Source: Octopus vulgaris
Lineage: Eukaryota
Assembly (NCBI GenBank): GCA_951406725.2
Contig: OX597815.1
Coordinates: forward strand, 44,206,001 to 44,270,000
Length of the DNA: 64,000 bases
Direction: 5' to 3'
Shown: positions 1 to 14,046 of the stretch, piece by piece
How positions within the stretch are numbered: position 1 is the first letter of the stretch
Layout: every line of letters begins with the position of its first letter
The notes under the pieces: generated by a model
What the model was told of the DNA's origin: nothing
What the model saw: only the letters and a program-made list of their open reading frames with translations
The model's database searches: none
Translations under genes and position numbers: made by a program

Positions 1-169
1 CAACTGCTACTTACTTTATTGAACCCCAAAGGACGAAAGGCAAAAATTGATCTCGGAAGAATTTGAACTCAGAACGCAAAGACAGGCGAACTGCTGCTAA
101 GCATTTTGCACGGCGTGCTAAGGTTTCTGCCTGCTCGCCGCCTTTAAACAATTCAAGATAAAAGAACAT

Positions 170-748
170 TCTTTTCTACTCTAGGCACAAAGACCTGAAC
201 ATTTTGGAGAGGGGACCAATCGATTAGATCGACCCAGTACACAACTGGTACTTTATTGACACCGAAAGGAGGAAAGGCAAAGTCAACCTCGGCGGATTTG
301 AGCTCAGAACGTAAAGGCAGACGAAATACCTATTTCTTTACTACCCACAAGGGGCTAAACACAGACAGGACAACCAAGGACAGACAAACGGATTAAGTCG
401 GTTATACCGACCCCAGTGCGTAACTGGTATTTATTTAATCGACCCCGAAAGGATGAAAGGCAAAGTCAACCTCGGCGGAATTTGAACTCAGAACATAACG
501 GCAGACGAAATACCTATTTATTTACTACTCACAATGGGCTAAACACAGAGGGGGACAAACAAGGACAGACAAACGGACTAAGTCGATTATGTCGACGCCA
601 GTGCGTAACTGGTACTTATTTAATCGACCCCGAAAGGATAAAAGGCAAAGTCGACCTCGGCGGAATTTGAACTCAGAACGTAGCGGCAGACGAAATACCG
701 CTACGCATTTCGCCCGGCGTGCGAACGTTTCTGACAGCTCGCCGCCTT
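170..748 (-). mobile_element. tRNA-derived SINE family A, trimeric array (head plus two internal ~185-bp repeats)
   Basis: Minus strand reads GGCGGCGAGCTGtCAGAAACGTT..., B-box-like GAGTTCAAATTCC, then core GACTTTGCCTTTcATCCTTTCGGGGTCGAT three times; another partial copy lies at 1-145. Confidence 0.85.
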
Positions 749-890
749 GTTAATAAACTATAATACCAGTAAAGTATTGGAGTCGATGCAATCGATTCGG
801 ACCCTCCTCTTAAAAACCGCTGCCCTTGTTCCAACATTAGAAAGAAGATTAAGTAGGTTCAGCCTTTTATGAAAAGCACGCACTGACTAT

Positions 891-961
<71 letters not shown>

Positions 962-1194
962 ACTTCTATTCTGTAGTAAGATTTATGGAGGCAGTTTAAT
1001 TACTGCATATACTTGAACAATATCTTATACGTTATGGCAATGAATTTTAAGCACGTTGCATTAGTAGCTATATACTTTCATATTCCAATTAATAGCTATA
1101 CACCTTAAGTTTCAATTAACAGGTTAATTGGTAACGGCTACTTTACTTCAAAATATTATCCATTTTATCTTTCTTCTTTTTTTTATCTTTTACT

Positions 1195-1390
1195 TCTTTC
1201 GGTTATTAGGCAGCAGTCATGCTGGGACACCGCCTTGAAGAGGTCAGTAAAAGAAATCAACCCCCAATATTTATTCTTCTTAAGCCTGGTACCGTTTCTA
1301 TTGAGCTCTTTTGCTGAACTTCTAATTTACGGGATCATCTACATACCATCACCAGTTGTCAAAGAGTGGTGTGGGACAAGCATAAACACA
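1195..1390 (-). mobile_element. SINE family B, degenerate 3' part
   Basis: Diverged match to the family B tail (..GGCGGTGTCCCAGCATGACTGC..). Confidence 0.55.
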
Positions 1391-2002
1391 AACGCTCATG
1401 CACACACACACACATGCACACACACGTGTGTAGGAGGCGTATAAGAAAGAGGTACCCAACGCATTTAATAGGAGTTACATATATTATTTAAAACAGTTTG
1501 ATTCGGCTCCAATCATTTACCCACTTGCAGCCTCTTCAAAGCTTTGTGACTAACTCACGGTTAACAGTTCTATAATAGTCACCTCGCAAGTTACATTTTG
1601 GCATAAAAATAATGAAATTTGGTTACATTAAAATATATGTGGTCCAAAAGGATTAGAGTAAGGCGAAAAATCGAGTTTAAATCAAAGTAACTTTCTTATT
1701 TTAAAAGCAAACTATATTTTATTTAAGCTTAAAGGATGGAACGAAACGAGAAGAATCTAAATATGTCAATTTTATCGAAAGAATCTTTAATATAATGAAG
1801 TTGTGAAGCCAAAACGTAACGCCTCTAGTTGACTTACACTTTCTTAATTTCAAAGCAATCTATATTTTATTTCAGCTCAAATGATAAATCAAAATGAGAG
1901 TAAATCTAAAAATGCTAATTCTATGCAATGAAATTTTTTAGTGACAAAAAAATGTAAGTGACGCTAGGCCTTGTGCTTATAATAGAAAGGATAATATAAA
2001 CT

Positions 2003-2258
<256 letters not shown>

Positions 2259-2779
2259 CCTAATGATTTATTGTGTATTTGTGTGTGTGTTTAACTGTCA
2301 GAGACACATGATCTAGGATTCTTAAAGCAGACCCCTCTGATGCCAAAGGAAGTCTTATTTATTGTTAATTCATATGCTTCATAAACTCCATTGACATAAT
2401 CATTTCATTTATTACTTTTCGGTATGACCTAATTCTATTGTCAATGAGCTTAGCGCGACACAGGTATCTTAGATTATGGTGTATACATATCTAAGTGTGT
2501 AAAAATCATAGTGAGTGTAAATCTATGTGTAAATCTATATGTGTGTGTTTATGTGTGTATATGTAAATATATATATGCACACAGATATACACGTATGCAT
2601 GTATATATACACACACATGCATAGGTATGTATGTTTGTGCAGTGAAAGCGTACGATAGCGAGAAAGAGAGAGAGAGAAGCTAAAACAGACAGCCAGACAA
2701 ACAGACAGCCAGACAAACAGACAGACAGAGAAGAACAGTTTATCTCTATGCATGTATTACTGAAAAGTAGAGAATTGAC

Positions 2780-3205
2780 AGACGTTAGCACACCGGATAT
2801 AACGCTTAGCGGCATTTCGTCCGTCTTCACGTTTTGAGTTCAAATTCCACCGAAGTCGATTTTTCCCTTCGTCGTTTCAGGGTCGATAAAATATGTACTA
2901 GCCAAGTACTGAGGTGAAGGTAATTGATACCCCCTCCCCTCCAAAATTAATGGCCCTGTATCAAAATTTGAAAATGGTATTGGTTGGGCCAAACGGCGGT
3001 AACCTGGTAGAATCGTCAGCACGCGGGACAAAATGCTCAGCGGCATTTCGACCGTTTTTACGTTCTGGGTTCAAAGTAGGTTGAGGTTGCCTTTATCTTT
3101 CATCCTTTCGAGGTCGATAAATAAGTACCAGTTGAGCACTGAGATTGATGTAATCGACAAACACCTCACCACAAAATTTCAGGCTTTGTGTCTGTAACAG
3201 AAAGA
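2780..3205 (+). mobile_element. Two adjacent SINE family A copies
   Basis: GTTAGCAC..GGCATTTCG..GAGTTCAAATTCC..GGGTCGATAAA motifs occur twice. Confidence 0.75.
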
Positions 3206-4029
3206 TCTTGATGTTCCATTTATGAGCACTACTTTACCAGAGTCCTTCGATATTTCAAAATTGACACAATTTACGAATTGAAAGGCAAAACTAGAACCCG
3301 GGAAAGGTAATTGTAATAAAAAGAATGCAAATAGCAACATGCTACACTAATTCATTAGAAATAAATAAAGTTTGTATGTCTTCGATGTAATTAGAAAATT
3401 TATTTCAGAGGCAAACTGTGGATTGCAAGACCTGAATTGCTCTCCTCACCTTGAATTTTTATAGTAGTGCGGCCTGCATAATGATGAGTCCTATCTTATG
3501 CGGCCCGATTCTCGAAAAAGGTTAACTATGCCTGATCTAGAACAAGACGCTAATGTAATACATAACGTAAAACTAAATATCGGAAATTTCATCTGTTTCT
3601 AAAATGGGCATTTGATTCCCTAAACGCCCACCATCATTACCAAGTCGAATGGACGTGACTCAAGATGAGAAAAGACCGAACATTTGAAATGTCACTTCGT
3701 CATGTAAGCTTTATTAGTATCAAAATATAACACAAGTGCTCCACAAACTATTTGTAGGTCTTACCAAAAATATTTAGAAACGACAGTGAAAATAATTTCT
3801 TCATTCCTGTCAACATCAAAAAATTTAAAATACAGCAATAAATACTAGATGCAACTATTTAATAAGAAAAGAAACGTCCGGTGAATGACATAAGTAAAGG
3901 ATTACGACACATTATTTTCATCGATTTTTCTTAAAATGTCGAACTCTCTGGAGGGTGCTCAACGCTCAAGATGAGTCTGGAATCAGGAATTGCTGTCTTT
4001 TTTTCTAGGTATTAATATTGCACAACACT

Positions 4030-4225
4030 AAGGCGACGAAGTGGCAGAGTCGTTAGCCTTCCAGGAAAATTGCTTAGCGGCATTTCGTCCGTCTTTAAGG
4101 TCTGCGTTTAAACTATGCTGAGGTCGACTTTGCCTTTCTTCCTTTGAGGGTAGTTGAAATAAGTACATGTAATCGACTTGGCCCCGCCCCCCGAATTGAT
4201 ACCTTGTGTTAAAATTTGAAGCCAA
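4030..4225 (+). mobile_element. SINE family A copy
   Basis: GGCGACGAAGTGGCAGAGTCGTTAGC head, GACTTTGCCTTTC core. Confidence 0.7.
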
Positions 4226-6144
4226 TATTATTTTCCTGCTTAAGCTCGCTGATAATCATTTTACTCTATTGATACCCATAGATCGAAATAGAAATTTGCC
4301 CCATCGCAGGTTTGTTGTTCAAGAGAAACAAAAGTAAGTATGGTAATTTAATTCTACCCTCTACAATTACGGCACCAACACATTGCAGTTAGTGCTGGTC
4401 CATAGTAACTTCAAGTTAACAAATTCTGACTGAAGAACCAGCCGTTTTGTCATCAGAACTGTAACGTGTTCAGTTTCTTAAACATATAGGATATAAAACT
4501 CTGTTACCTTTCTTTTATTTTCCTCCTGTCATCTTGAGCCTCACAAAGGATTTTCGAAACTTTAGATTCTCCACTCCCCTCGGCAATTTCACCATATTCC
4601 TTCTGTCGCTTTTTTTCCTTTCAAAATAACTTAATTCTTAAACTACTCAGATAAACCATGTTACCAATAATAAAAACCGAGTGGGGGGGGCCACTGAATA
4701 TACTTAGATTATTCGTTAGTTTGCAATGCTAAATTCAAATTTATCGTGGTTATAATATGATTTGTCTTAGATATATACACTATACGGAGACATTTCGACT
4801 AGTGACAATACTTTATGGGACATAACATAACCAATATTGACTCTGGCACCTTTTAAAATTTTATTGTGCGTGCATGCGCCCAACTACTGGCATTTATGCA
4901 CACATGCAGTCTGTAATCTGAGAGAAGAGGGCTTAAATGATGCCATAACTTGCCTAAGGTAATTCGAAAAAACTAGTGAGAGGAAGGTGGTTACTCGCAT
5001 TTTCCTATTTTGGCTGGCGTCTTACTTCTCCATACTCTTCTTTATATTTGTATTATCTTTTTCTCTTTATCTCCCCAATTTTTTCTCAGTTTTACATTTT
5101 TTTTACTTTTTAGCGGGAAACGTTGACATCGAAACAAACGAAAACTTTCTCAATTTCTTTCTGTCCTTTCTCCTTTCTTTCTGTCTGTATCTCCCTGATC
5201 ATTCTACCTCCTCTCATCTATCTCCATGTTTGTCTGATATATGTATATCTAACTATCTGTCTTTGTCTTGTCTGTCTCATCTTCCTTTCATATTCCCTCT
5301 CTCTCTCTCTCATTCTCTTTTTCTCTTTTTTTTTTTTTTTTACTCTCTTACGTACCCACTCTCTTTTGTAAAACTTACCCCGTACCACTTGCTTGCTTTC
5401 CAACCCATACCTAACTAACTTGACACATCGTGGGAAACAGGGCAGATAACCTTATTTTGTACTAATCGTTTTAGTTGTTGTTATGATTGCAGTGTTTGCT
5501 ATTATTACTTGCTGTTTCTGTTACTGCTGCTGCAGCTGCTGTTGGTGCTATTGCAGAAGTTTCTGACACCATGTCACAGCAGCTTCTACTGCTGCTTCTA
5601 CCCCTGCTGCTGATACCGATGCTAACAGTACAATTGCTAATATTGTCATATTTACGAGGGCATGCCGCTAGTTCAACTATCGCTGTTAAATTTTATAGCA
5701 ACTGTTTCCTATTCTTTTTTTTAAATAAAAGTTCTTTTATTGTATTCTTGCTTTAAAGTCGACAACCAATTATAACGCCCAAACTTTTTTGTATTAAATT
5801 TATTTCTACTTGCAGGCATGCATGCATACTTGCATACATATATACTTTACGTACTCATAAATGTACTTGTAAATACAGACTCAAGAATAACATACATACA
5901 CACATGTGTGCGTATGCGCGTAAAGAGAGATAGAACAGGAGAAGGCGGGCATTAGCATGTCAGTATAAGGATTTCTCTCAGTTTATGGGTTCCCAAGGGG
6001 GTATACATGTGTTTTAGAAGAAGAGTGATATACAGAGCAAGGGGAGAGGGGATAATTATTTGTGTATGTGCAACTGTGTTTAGAAATACAAAAGTATGAA
6101 TAACTCTTCCTTTCTGCATATGCATGCATGTCTGTGAGTTTGCA

Positions 6145-6510
6145 CAGGCGTGGCTGGGTGATAAGAAGTTTGCTTCTCAACCACATGGTTCCGGGTTCAC
6201 TTCTGGGCAGATGTTTTCAACAATAGCCTTGGGTCGTCCAAAGCCTTGTGTGTGGACTGGATAGACAGAAAACTGAGACAAGACCATCATATATATATTA
6301 TATGTATGTTGTGTGTGTTACCCTCTTCCTCTTGACAACCGATGTTGGTGCGTTTACGCTCACATAATTCAACGGTTTGGCAAAAGAGGCCTATAGAAGA
6401 AGTACTAAGCTTTAGAAAAGAAGTATTGGGGTTGATTCATTCGACTAAAAGTTCTTCCAGGCGGTGCCCCAACATATCTACAATCAAAAGTCAAAAACAA
6501 GTGGAAGATA
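6145..6510 (+). mobile_element. SINE family B (tRNA head, CORE-like segment, internal microsatellite)
   Basis: GGCGTGGCTG..TAAG head, CCACATGGTTCCGGGTTCA, tail GGCGGTGCCCCAACAT; a partial head of the same family lies at 6950-7085. Confidence 0.75.
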
Positions 6511-7597
6511 AAATGTAAAAGATTATATATATATATATTGTATATGTGTATATGTATATATTTATGTGCATATGTATATATATTAATCCGAGTTTATATG
6601 GTTGTATACGTTTGTGTTTTTTTGTAGGTGTATAATGTTTATATTTACACGTCACATATTTCAGTGTGTACGCGCGTGTGCATATGAATATAAATACTTT
6701 ACATTTTATAGGGCTTTCTATTTCTGTGAACATGTCTGTTTGAAGAGTTTGTTGTTTACCTCCTTCCTAATAAGATTGGTGCATTGCTTGACCATAATTT
6801 ATCCTGTCGAACATTTTGCAGTGCATTCGTCGAAACATATGTAGAATTCAAGATATAAATGGTTTAACAACATCCCGAGAGTTCGTCTGTATATATGTAT
6901 ATATACATATATATGTAAGTACGAAGATGTTTACGCACAAACATAACCGTTGGTGTGGCTGTGTGGTAAGTGTGGTAACAAGTTCGGTTTCATCCACATG
7001 ATTTTGTGTTCACTCTCACTGTACACCTTGGGCAAGTCGCTTCTACTACATCAACTAAAACTTGTGAGTGGATTTGGTAAGAAGCACGTTATATAATTAT
7101 GTAAATATGGTTCAGATATACGGATAACAAAAGACAGAGGCAGGTGAGGGAACAACAAGCAGGTGTATGTATGTATAAATATATATATATATAAATATCA
7201 GGTTGAGTAAAATGTAAGCAACCTTTTGAATCATGAAGAATTTGTACCGGAGTTTTGCAGAGTTTTAAATTTCTTTTAAACAATGTTTTTGCAGTTGTCT
7301 GATAATACAGACATAGACTTACCCAAATGCATCAATAAGTGATATTTTTTTCACCGTTGTTACAGTCATCTCTCACGACTTGTTCGTGTATGTTTGTGTG
7401 TTTTTCGAAAAGTTTGGCGTATGTTGTAATATTTGGATTTAATTGTTGAATTTGCACTGTTGATTTATTACGTTGTTGAACTTTTGAGTGTTTGTTAAAC
7501 ACCTATTTTTCTGCTTGTGGCAGACCTTTGTTAACGCTCCCCCCTTGTGTGAAGGGGGGGGGGAAATATTGTTGTATTTTTCAATAAAAGAAAATAA

Positions 7598-8924
7598 ATG
7601 GACAAATCACCTATTAAAACCAAGACTAGTAGTGAACCTGGTATAAGTGAAGATATCAGAAATGGAGAAAGCAGCACAGTTATAATTAGCGTGCCGACAG
7701 GAGAAGAGTTTATTCAAGGAAGAAAAGCTAGCAACTTTGCAGCAGCGGCCGCTATCTCAAAAGAGACAATAAATTGTGGAAGCGATGAACTCGGAAAATA
7801 TAAAGGTATGATGAAAAGGGAGGGGAGTCCCAGTGAAACAACGTAGAATGCACTGCGGTGCATTGTGATATATAAATCATTTGTTACCAAAGCAAAAAAA
7901 AATGGATAACGCAAGTAAAGAGGTGGTAGAGCTGTGCCTCCGTCCAGTTTGGAACAACATGGCATACATCAGAAGAGGAGTGGAGTATGCCACAATAGAA
8001 TTCCGTTTTAAAACCGAGGGAAACACAAAACAAGCATCAACGGAGCCATTTAAAACTGCGGAGGTGGTTCTCCTACCTACTTAGCTTGGAAGACAGAATT
8101 CCAAGATTAATGTAGGAGACATCCCACCCGAAGTAGATTCCGCTTCACTGGTGGCAGCCATAATAAACGGCTTGGTGGATAAGACCACAATTCCTCAAGC
8201 CTCAGTGCTTGGGCTGCAAAACTGGCAGGGGCAAGACCTCGAAATGATTGTACAGGCTGCTCCGGCTGATTTAGAAAATATTATAGAAACTATACAGGTG
8301 AGGGAGACTAAGCTCCGAGTCACGGTAGAGGGGAGGATGTCTCGTTGCTACAAGTGCGGTCAAAAAGGTCACATTAGGGCCGAGTGCAAACCTCCTACCG
8401 AAAAAGCATCGACGTCCTCACCTGAAGAAAAACAAACAGAAGCTGCAGGTGAAACGCAGGATGAAGCTTCGGAAATTGAAAGAGAGGCAGAGGAGATGGA
8501 GGAAGCCCAAGGAGAAAGGTGGGAAATTTTTTCCAGAAGGAAAGAAAAAGACCCTTCCCATCCAACCCTACTAGCCCGACATAAAAAAAAAACAGATCAC
8601 ACAACTACAAAAAACAATCCCAGCCCAAAATGTTCTCCACCCATCTAGACATGGATTACACTGCAGTAGTGACGACTAACAAGTCACTACTGCAGCGACT
8701 AAAACACATAGAAAATGCGGCCAACGTAACCAAAGACTACGGGGGAAAACATCCCTCAAAACATTGCTATTTATAAAATAGACAGAGCCAATTATTACAT
8801 ATTGGCAAATCGATTTAGAAACGACATGGGCCCTCTGAGGAAATACGTTTCCCCACTAATGCTTGAGGGCCTAGTCAATGACACCTCGCAAGCCCCGGAC
8901 GAAAGACCCCATCTCAAACTGTAA
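7598..8924 (+). pseudogene. LINE ORF1 (gag-like nucleic-acid-binding protein), disrupted
   Basis: Zinc knuckle CYKCGQKGHIRAEC in ORF 8151-8648; collinear fragments at 7598-7846 and 7881-8084. Confidence 0.8.
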
Positions 8925-8935
8925 GTATAACCATT

Positions 8936-10970
8936 ATGGATATTCTTAATGTAGGGTGTTTGAATGCATGCGGCCTGGAGTCAGATGGAAACAAGGTAGT
9001 TTCTTTAATGACCTCAGGTCGCATAGAATAGATATAGTTACCACAGAATCCAGATGAGTAGTCAGAGACTTTCCCCCCTCCTAAATGGCTACGAAAAAAT
9101 TATTTCTCCATGCCTATCTAGAGGAGGGGAAGCACTACTGTACTGCTCTGGAAAAACCTGGATTTAGAGACAAGAACTATCTTCATCGACCCGGAAGGTA
9201 TATTGGTGACGTGACACTAAGCAGGGGTACGGTCTTCAGGCTGGTAGTTGTCTATGCTCCCTCGGGAACTGGACAGTCTCATTTTTTTTCGAGGCCTGGA
9301 GAAGTCGCTTGGGACGTCTCACACCATAGCAATGTTAGGTGACTTTAATGTAATCTGTGATGCATGCGTAGATTACGTTGGCTCGTCGATTGGTAGGAGG
9401 GGAAACTCGTGCTTCAATAATCTTCTCAGTTGATTTCCCTATGGGATTCTAATTAGAGAAATAGACAGAAACCTAGTTAATAGTCGACAATTTCACTATG
9501 TCAGCTACACTGATCACAAATTTGTGAACTGTAGGCTGGACTTAGGTAAGTTACGTAGACAGGGATCCGGCTGCTGGAAACTCAATAAGTCACTTTTGTC
9601 GCATGAGGAGTACATGCGTCTTCACCAAATAGCAACAGAATGGATTTATACCCAGATCTGTGTGCCGGGGAGTGGTAACGCTACTTAGAAAGGACCCGAA
9701 CAAGGGAATATTATAGATAATTTCAGGCCCATCACTCTGCTTAACACGGAGTTGAATATTTTGGACAAGATGTTAGCATAAAGGTTGGCACGTGTCGTTT
9801 GGTGGAATCGTCGAAAAGGCACAAACTTGTGCAGTTCCTGGCAGATCCATACACAATAATCTCCATCTGCTACGCTACACCTTAGAGAGGTTAATGGGTC
9901 TCCTGGCAAGGGTAGGGCTCTAGTTCATTTAGACCAGTTCAAGGCTTTTGACGGGGTTGACCATCGGTATCTGGTGTCGGTCCTCGCAGCATTCGGGATC
10001 GGCCACGTCTTCCGTGGGCGGACTATTGCTCTATACAGTAACATCGACCCGATAGTTCGGGTGAACGGGTTCTTCTCGAAGCCGTTCAACATCAAGCGCT
10101 CTGTTCGTCAAGGGTGTCCTTTCTCCCCACTTCTGTATATGTTGGCTCTAGAGCACTTACTGCGGAAGCTGAAGGCCTTGAAGGGCGTCCCACATGATCT
10201 AGGTGGCAGTAGGAAGATTTCGGCGTACGCGGATGACATCATCATCATCATCGTGTCCGGGATGGTACACCTACAGAAGGTAGGCAAAGCCATTAAGGAC
10301 TACGAGGTGGTGGCAGGAGCAAAAGTTAACCGGGATACGTCAGTCAGCTTGCAACTCGGTACCTGGAGAGGCAAGATGATACCTCCCAACAACGTCGTAG
10401 AGCGTTGGACAGAGGAGCCAGTTAAAATACTAGGGGTTTGGTTTGGCCCAGACTTCCAAATAGAGAAGAATTAGAGCGAGGTGACGAGTAGGTAAACCAC
10501 CTGGTCTAAGCGGCGGCTATCCCTGAAAGGAAAGGCGGAGGTAGCAGGAGTGCTTATCGCTTCTGTGATTACCTAACAACTAACCGTCGTGCCTTGCCCC
10601 CCGTTTGTGGTTGATCAAGTTGGAGTGGCTGCTCTTCCGCTTTTTCTGGAGGGGTAGAAGTCCTGTTGTAAAGCGCTCTGTCTGCTGCCAGCACCCGCCA
10701 AAGCGTAGGCTAGGGATGCCTTGACTGTTGATGCGCAGACATGCGCTGAGGCTGAGGCATCTGTGGCTCTACCTGGATGGTGAACAGGTATTGTCTCCGT
10801 TCATTCGGTCGTTACTTCTTGAGCTTACTGAATGAACTAGGACCTTGGATCAAGTGTAGACCAAAGTTGGGTGCTTGGCAAGCGGAGTGTCGTGAGGCAC
10901 TCAAGCTGCTCTATCACACGGGCAACGCCAGCAGTGGGGGTGCCATGTCGGCTTTCTATAGAGGGTTAGT
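8936..10970 (+). pseudogene. LINE ORF2 (apurinic-like endonuclease plus reverse transcriptase), disrupted
   Basis: MDILNVGCLNACGL start, VYAPS, LGDFN, TDHK, WKLN (APE); NFRPITLLN, LDQFKAFDGVDH, VRQGCPFSPLLY, YADD, ILGVWFG (RT). Confidence 0.9.
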
Positions 10971-10975
10971 TGAGG

Positions 10976-11425
10976 CTCAGAAACACATTGCCATGAAATT
11001 GCCAAAATGAACGAAAAACTGCTACTCCTCTGTCCCACACTGGTCAAAAGAAGAGGGCCAATCATTCTTCACGACATTGCTCGACTGCACGTTTCACTAA
11101 CGACGCTCCAAAAGTTGAGGCAACGTGGCTACGATATTCTTCCCCACCCAGCTTATTCCCCAGATATTTCTCCTACCGACTACCACTTTTTCAAGCATCT
11201 CGATGATTTCCTGTGATAGGAGTACAAAATTCAAACCGATGCTGAAAGTGTGTTCCAAGAGTTCATCAGCTCCAGATTTTTATGCTACCGGAATAAACAA
11301 ACTTGTAACTCGTTAGCAAAAATGTGTTGATTGAAATGGTACTTACTTTGATGAATAAAATTTCCGCATTGTTGAAATATATTGTGATGAATTTCATGTT
11401 TCAAAATGTTGCTTACTCAGCCTCA
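10976..11425 (+). mobile_element. mariner transposon 3' fragment
   Basis: GPIILHDIARLHV and HPAYSPDISPTDYHFF correspond to the mariner HDNARPH and YSPDLAP motifs. Confidence 0.85.
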
Positions 11426-11534
11426 TATATATATATATTTATAATAAGAGTAGATCGTATACGAGTGGGTATATATTTGTAAAAAAGAAGTTTGAAAACG
11501 CCACTATATTAGATAAATTTTAATTTTCTTATGA

Positions 11535-11580
11535 ATTTTACATGTTTCGGTTCTTGAAAAAAACGAACCTTATCAAAAAT
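11535..11580 (-). ncRNA. Degenerate minimal type I hammerhead ribozyme in a Penelope pseudo-LTR
   Basis: Minus strand ATTT-tTGATaA-GGTTC..GAACC-GAAA-CATG-TA-AAAT, with two core mismatches; a partial second copy lies near 11657-11690. Confidence 0.5.
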
Positions 11581-12067
11581 ATTATAAAAAGTGTAATGGA
11601 GAAGAAAAGTGTAATGGAGAAGTTCATAATCACTTCTAATTGGTCTCAATGGAATCCATGTTCTTGAAAAAACGAACCTTATCCAAAATATTATACAAAG
11701 TGAAAATTGAAAAGTTCATAATCGTTTCTTACTGTTCTCAATAGAATCTATGTGGTGGTGTTTTGTCGGTAGTTGGTATAATCGCTATATTCCTGTTGAG
11801 TGTATTGAAGAAGTCCATTATTGTTTCTTGCAGGTATTAAAAGGAACCGCTTTTTTGTTACCTTGTGTTCCAATGGTAGTAACAGTAGTGATTGTTGGTC
11901 GTAGTAGTTGGTCGTAATTTTGGCAACCTTGGTGGTGGTTGGGGTTAGTAGTAGAGGACTGTTGATCGTAGCAGCAAAAGTGGTGGGTTCACTGGCACTG
12001 TTCACTGACATCACATAATTCCAAACCAATCAAAACCAAACTTCAACGAATACAAGGTAAAGATCCC

Positions 12068-12266
12068 CAACTGTATCCTGTAAGGAATCCAACCAAGTAG
12101 AACGACAAGCTTGACCAGGGAAGAAAAACGTCATCAATTTTTTAACGAATCAAAATCAGATCTGACCCATAACTGTATCCTGTAAGGAAACCAACCAAGC
12201 AGAACGACAAGATTGACCACGGAAGAAAAACGTCATCATTTTTTTAACGAATCAAAATCAGATCTG
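12068..12266. repeat. Tandem duplication of ~100 bp
   Basis: AACTGTATCCTGTAAGGAA...AACGAATCAAAATCAGATCTG occurs twice. Confidence 0.85.
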
Positions 12267-12419
12267 CTCGCAGAAAAACATTTCTTTATAAATTCATTTT
12301 TCCCTAAAACATACCACTGCAAGCGGGAGTGGCTGTTTAAAGATCTGAGAAATTGTAATTCCACAATTGTAATTGTGGTAGAATTTCATTTTTCCTTTTC
12401 GGAAGACCAATGTTTTGTT

Positions 12420-12948
12420 TTAATATTCCTGGCCCAGGGTGTTCAAACTTGGTCTAAATTTTTTGATGAAATAAAGTTCTTTATTTTGGCGTTGGGTGAT
12501 GGTTACGCTGTCACTGAATTTGTAAAGTGGGTAAGTTGTAAATTTCGGATTTTCATTTGTAGCACATCTATCTATGCGTCCGCTGACCGGTATTTTCCGG
12601 TATTCAGGGTTTCTAATTTGGGATTTATGCACCGCCATCCTTTTACGTAAGCTATTTTTTGTATGGCCTATATATTGCCTATTGCAGCCTGCGCATGTTA
12701 AGACGTAAATTAAGTTTTCTGATGCACAGGTGAAGTTTGTTATAATGGTGAACTGATGGCCTTGTTCTAGTATAAATTCTGAACCTTCTACCAAGATGAC
12801 ACAGATTCCGCAGTTGGGCCTTCCATATTTTCTAACTGCTGGTTTTGTGGTTGATGTTGAGTGCAGTTTAGCTAGGGTTAAAATCCTTTTCAAGGATTTT
12901 GGTTGCCGTTTACTTTTAATGATGGTGTGTGTTTCGAGGATCTGGTTA
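12420..12948 (-). mobile_element. Penelope-like element, GIY-YIG endonuclease C-terminal ORF (5'-truncated)
   Basis: HTIIKSKRQPKSLKRILT linker, GRPNCGIC, LIYVLTCAGCNRQYIGHT..LRKRMAVH..ELYFIKKFRPSLN; the frame is open to the stop. Confidence 0.9.
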
Positions 12949-12954
12949 TATATA

Positions 12955-13140
12955 TGTTTTGTTTTTGTACCCTACCCACTGCTTGACAACCGGTATTGGT
13001 TTTTCTAAGTACCCGTAACCTAGCCATCCGATATAAGAGACCAATAGAATAAATACCTCGCTTATGAAAAATTAGGATTGCAGTCGATTCTTTTGCAGTG
13101 CCCCATTATGGATGTAGTCCAATGACTGAAACAAATAAAA
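12955..13140 (+). mobile_element. SINE family B 3' part
   Basis: GCTTGACAACCGG..CCGTAACCTAGC..AATGACTGAAACAAATAAAAG. Confidence 0.65.
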
Positions 13141-13754
13141 GATATGTATGTATGCATGCATGCTTGCATGCAAGTATGTATGCGTATATATGTGTAGCCC
13201 ACATAAGATGCTTCCTTCGAAAATCTCTGATGCCTTATTGCCAGGCATCAGAGGACAAAGCTGTCAACATGCTCACAGGTTTGAGATGTTTCTAAAACAT
13301 TTATGGGACTCTAGTTTCAGTCGCTTCACTCTGCTCCCTGGACAAATACTTCCAGACGTAGTTTCGTGTCGACCTATGTATGGTGACTGAAAATGGATAG
13401 ACAGAAACCATTGAATGAACTGCAGCTCTCTTTCAAATGGTTAGCCTTGTTATACACTCTGACACAAATCTTCCGTTTGAAAATTATGTTAAGTGCCTGC
13501 AGAACACACGATCACTGAGTAAGCAGGTAATTCAGTTGAACAACTAAAATCCTTATTATCTACAAAACCGGTGGGGAATTCATTCAGTTTATCCATTGTA
13601 TGTGTATATTTATTTTTACAACTACAAGTTAGACTTGTCTAGCAAGATTATTTCATAAGAGAGCGTATAGTAACTCTAAAATATTTACATGGTAGATAAA
13701 ATGTAATTTCCTTTTTAAAACACACATATAAAGTTATATCCTATATCTTTTATT

Positions 13755-13953
13755 AGTTACTTGTTTTAGTCATTAGACAGCGGCCATGTTCGGGTATCCC
13801 CTTGAAGGGTTTTAGTCGAATGTATCGGCCCCAGTACTTTTATTTTAAGACATTTAATTATTCTATCGATCTTTTTTTTTTACCGACCCGGGGACGTAAA
13901 CACATCGGCACCGGTTGTCAAGCGGTGCGTGGGGAACAAACACAGACACAAAG

Positions 13954-13985
<32 letters not shown>

Positions 13986-13994
13986 GCTTATATA

Positions 13995-14046
<52 letters not shown>

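Larger units (their letters stand above)
7363..10975 (+). mobile_element. Degenerate Tx1/L1-clade non-LTR retrotransposon (ORF1 and ORF2), internally deleted and 3'-truncated
   Basis: T-rich 5' UTR, ORF1 with a CCHC knuckle, ORF2 with APE and RT motifs, many stops and frameshifts. Confidence 0.9.

Noticed and set aside
416-670. Recurrent ORF MRNWYLFNRPRKDERQSQPRRNLN (also at 31239 and 34803)
   Set aside because: Antisense translation of SINE family A, not a gene family
5487-5756. Apparent secreted peptide MQCLLLLLAVSVTAAAA
   Set aside because: Starts at TTG within a cryptic (GCT/GTT)n tract; no other gene evidence
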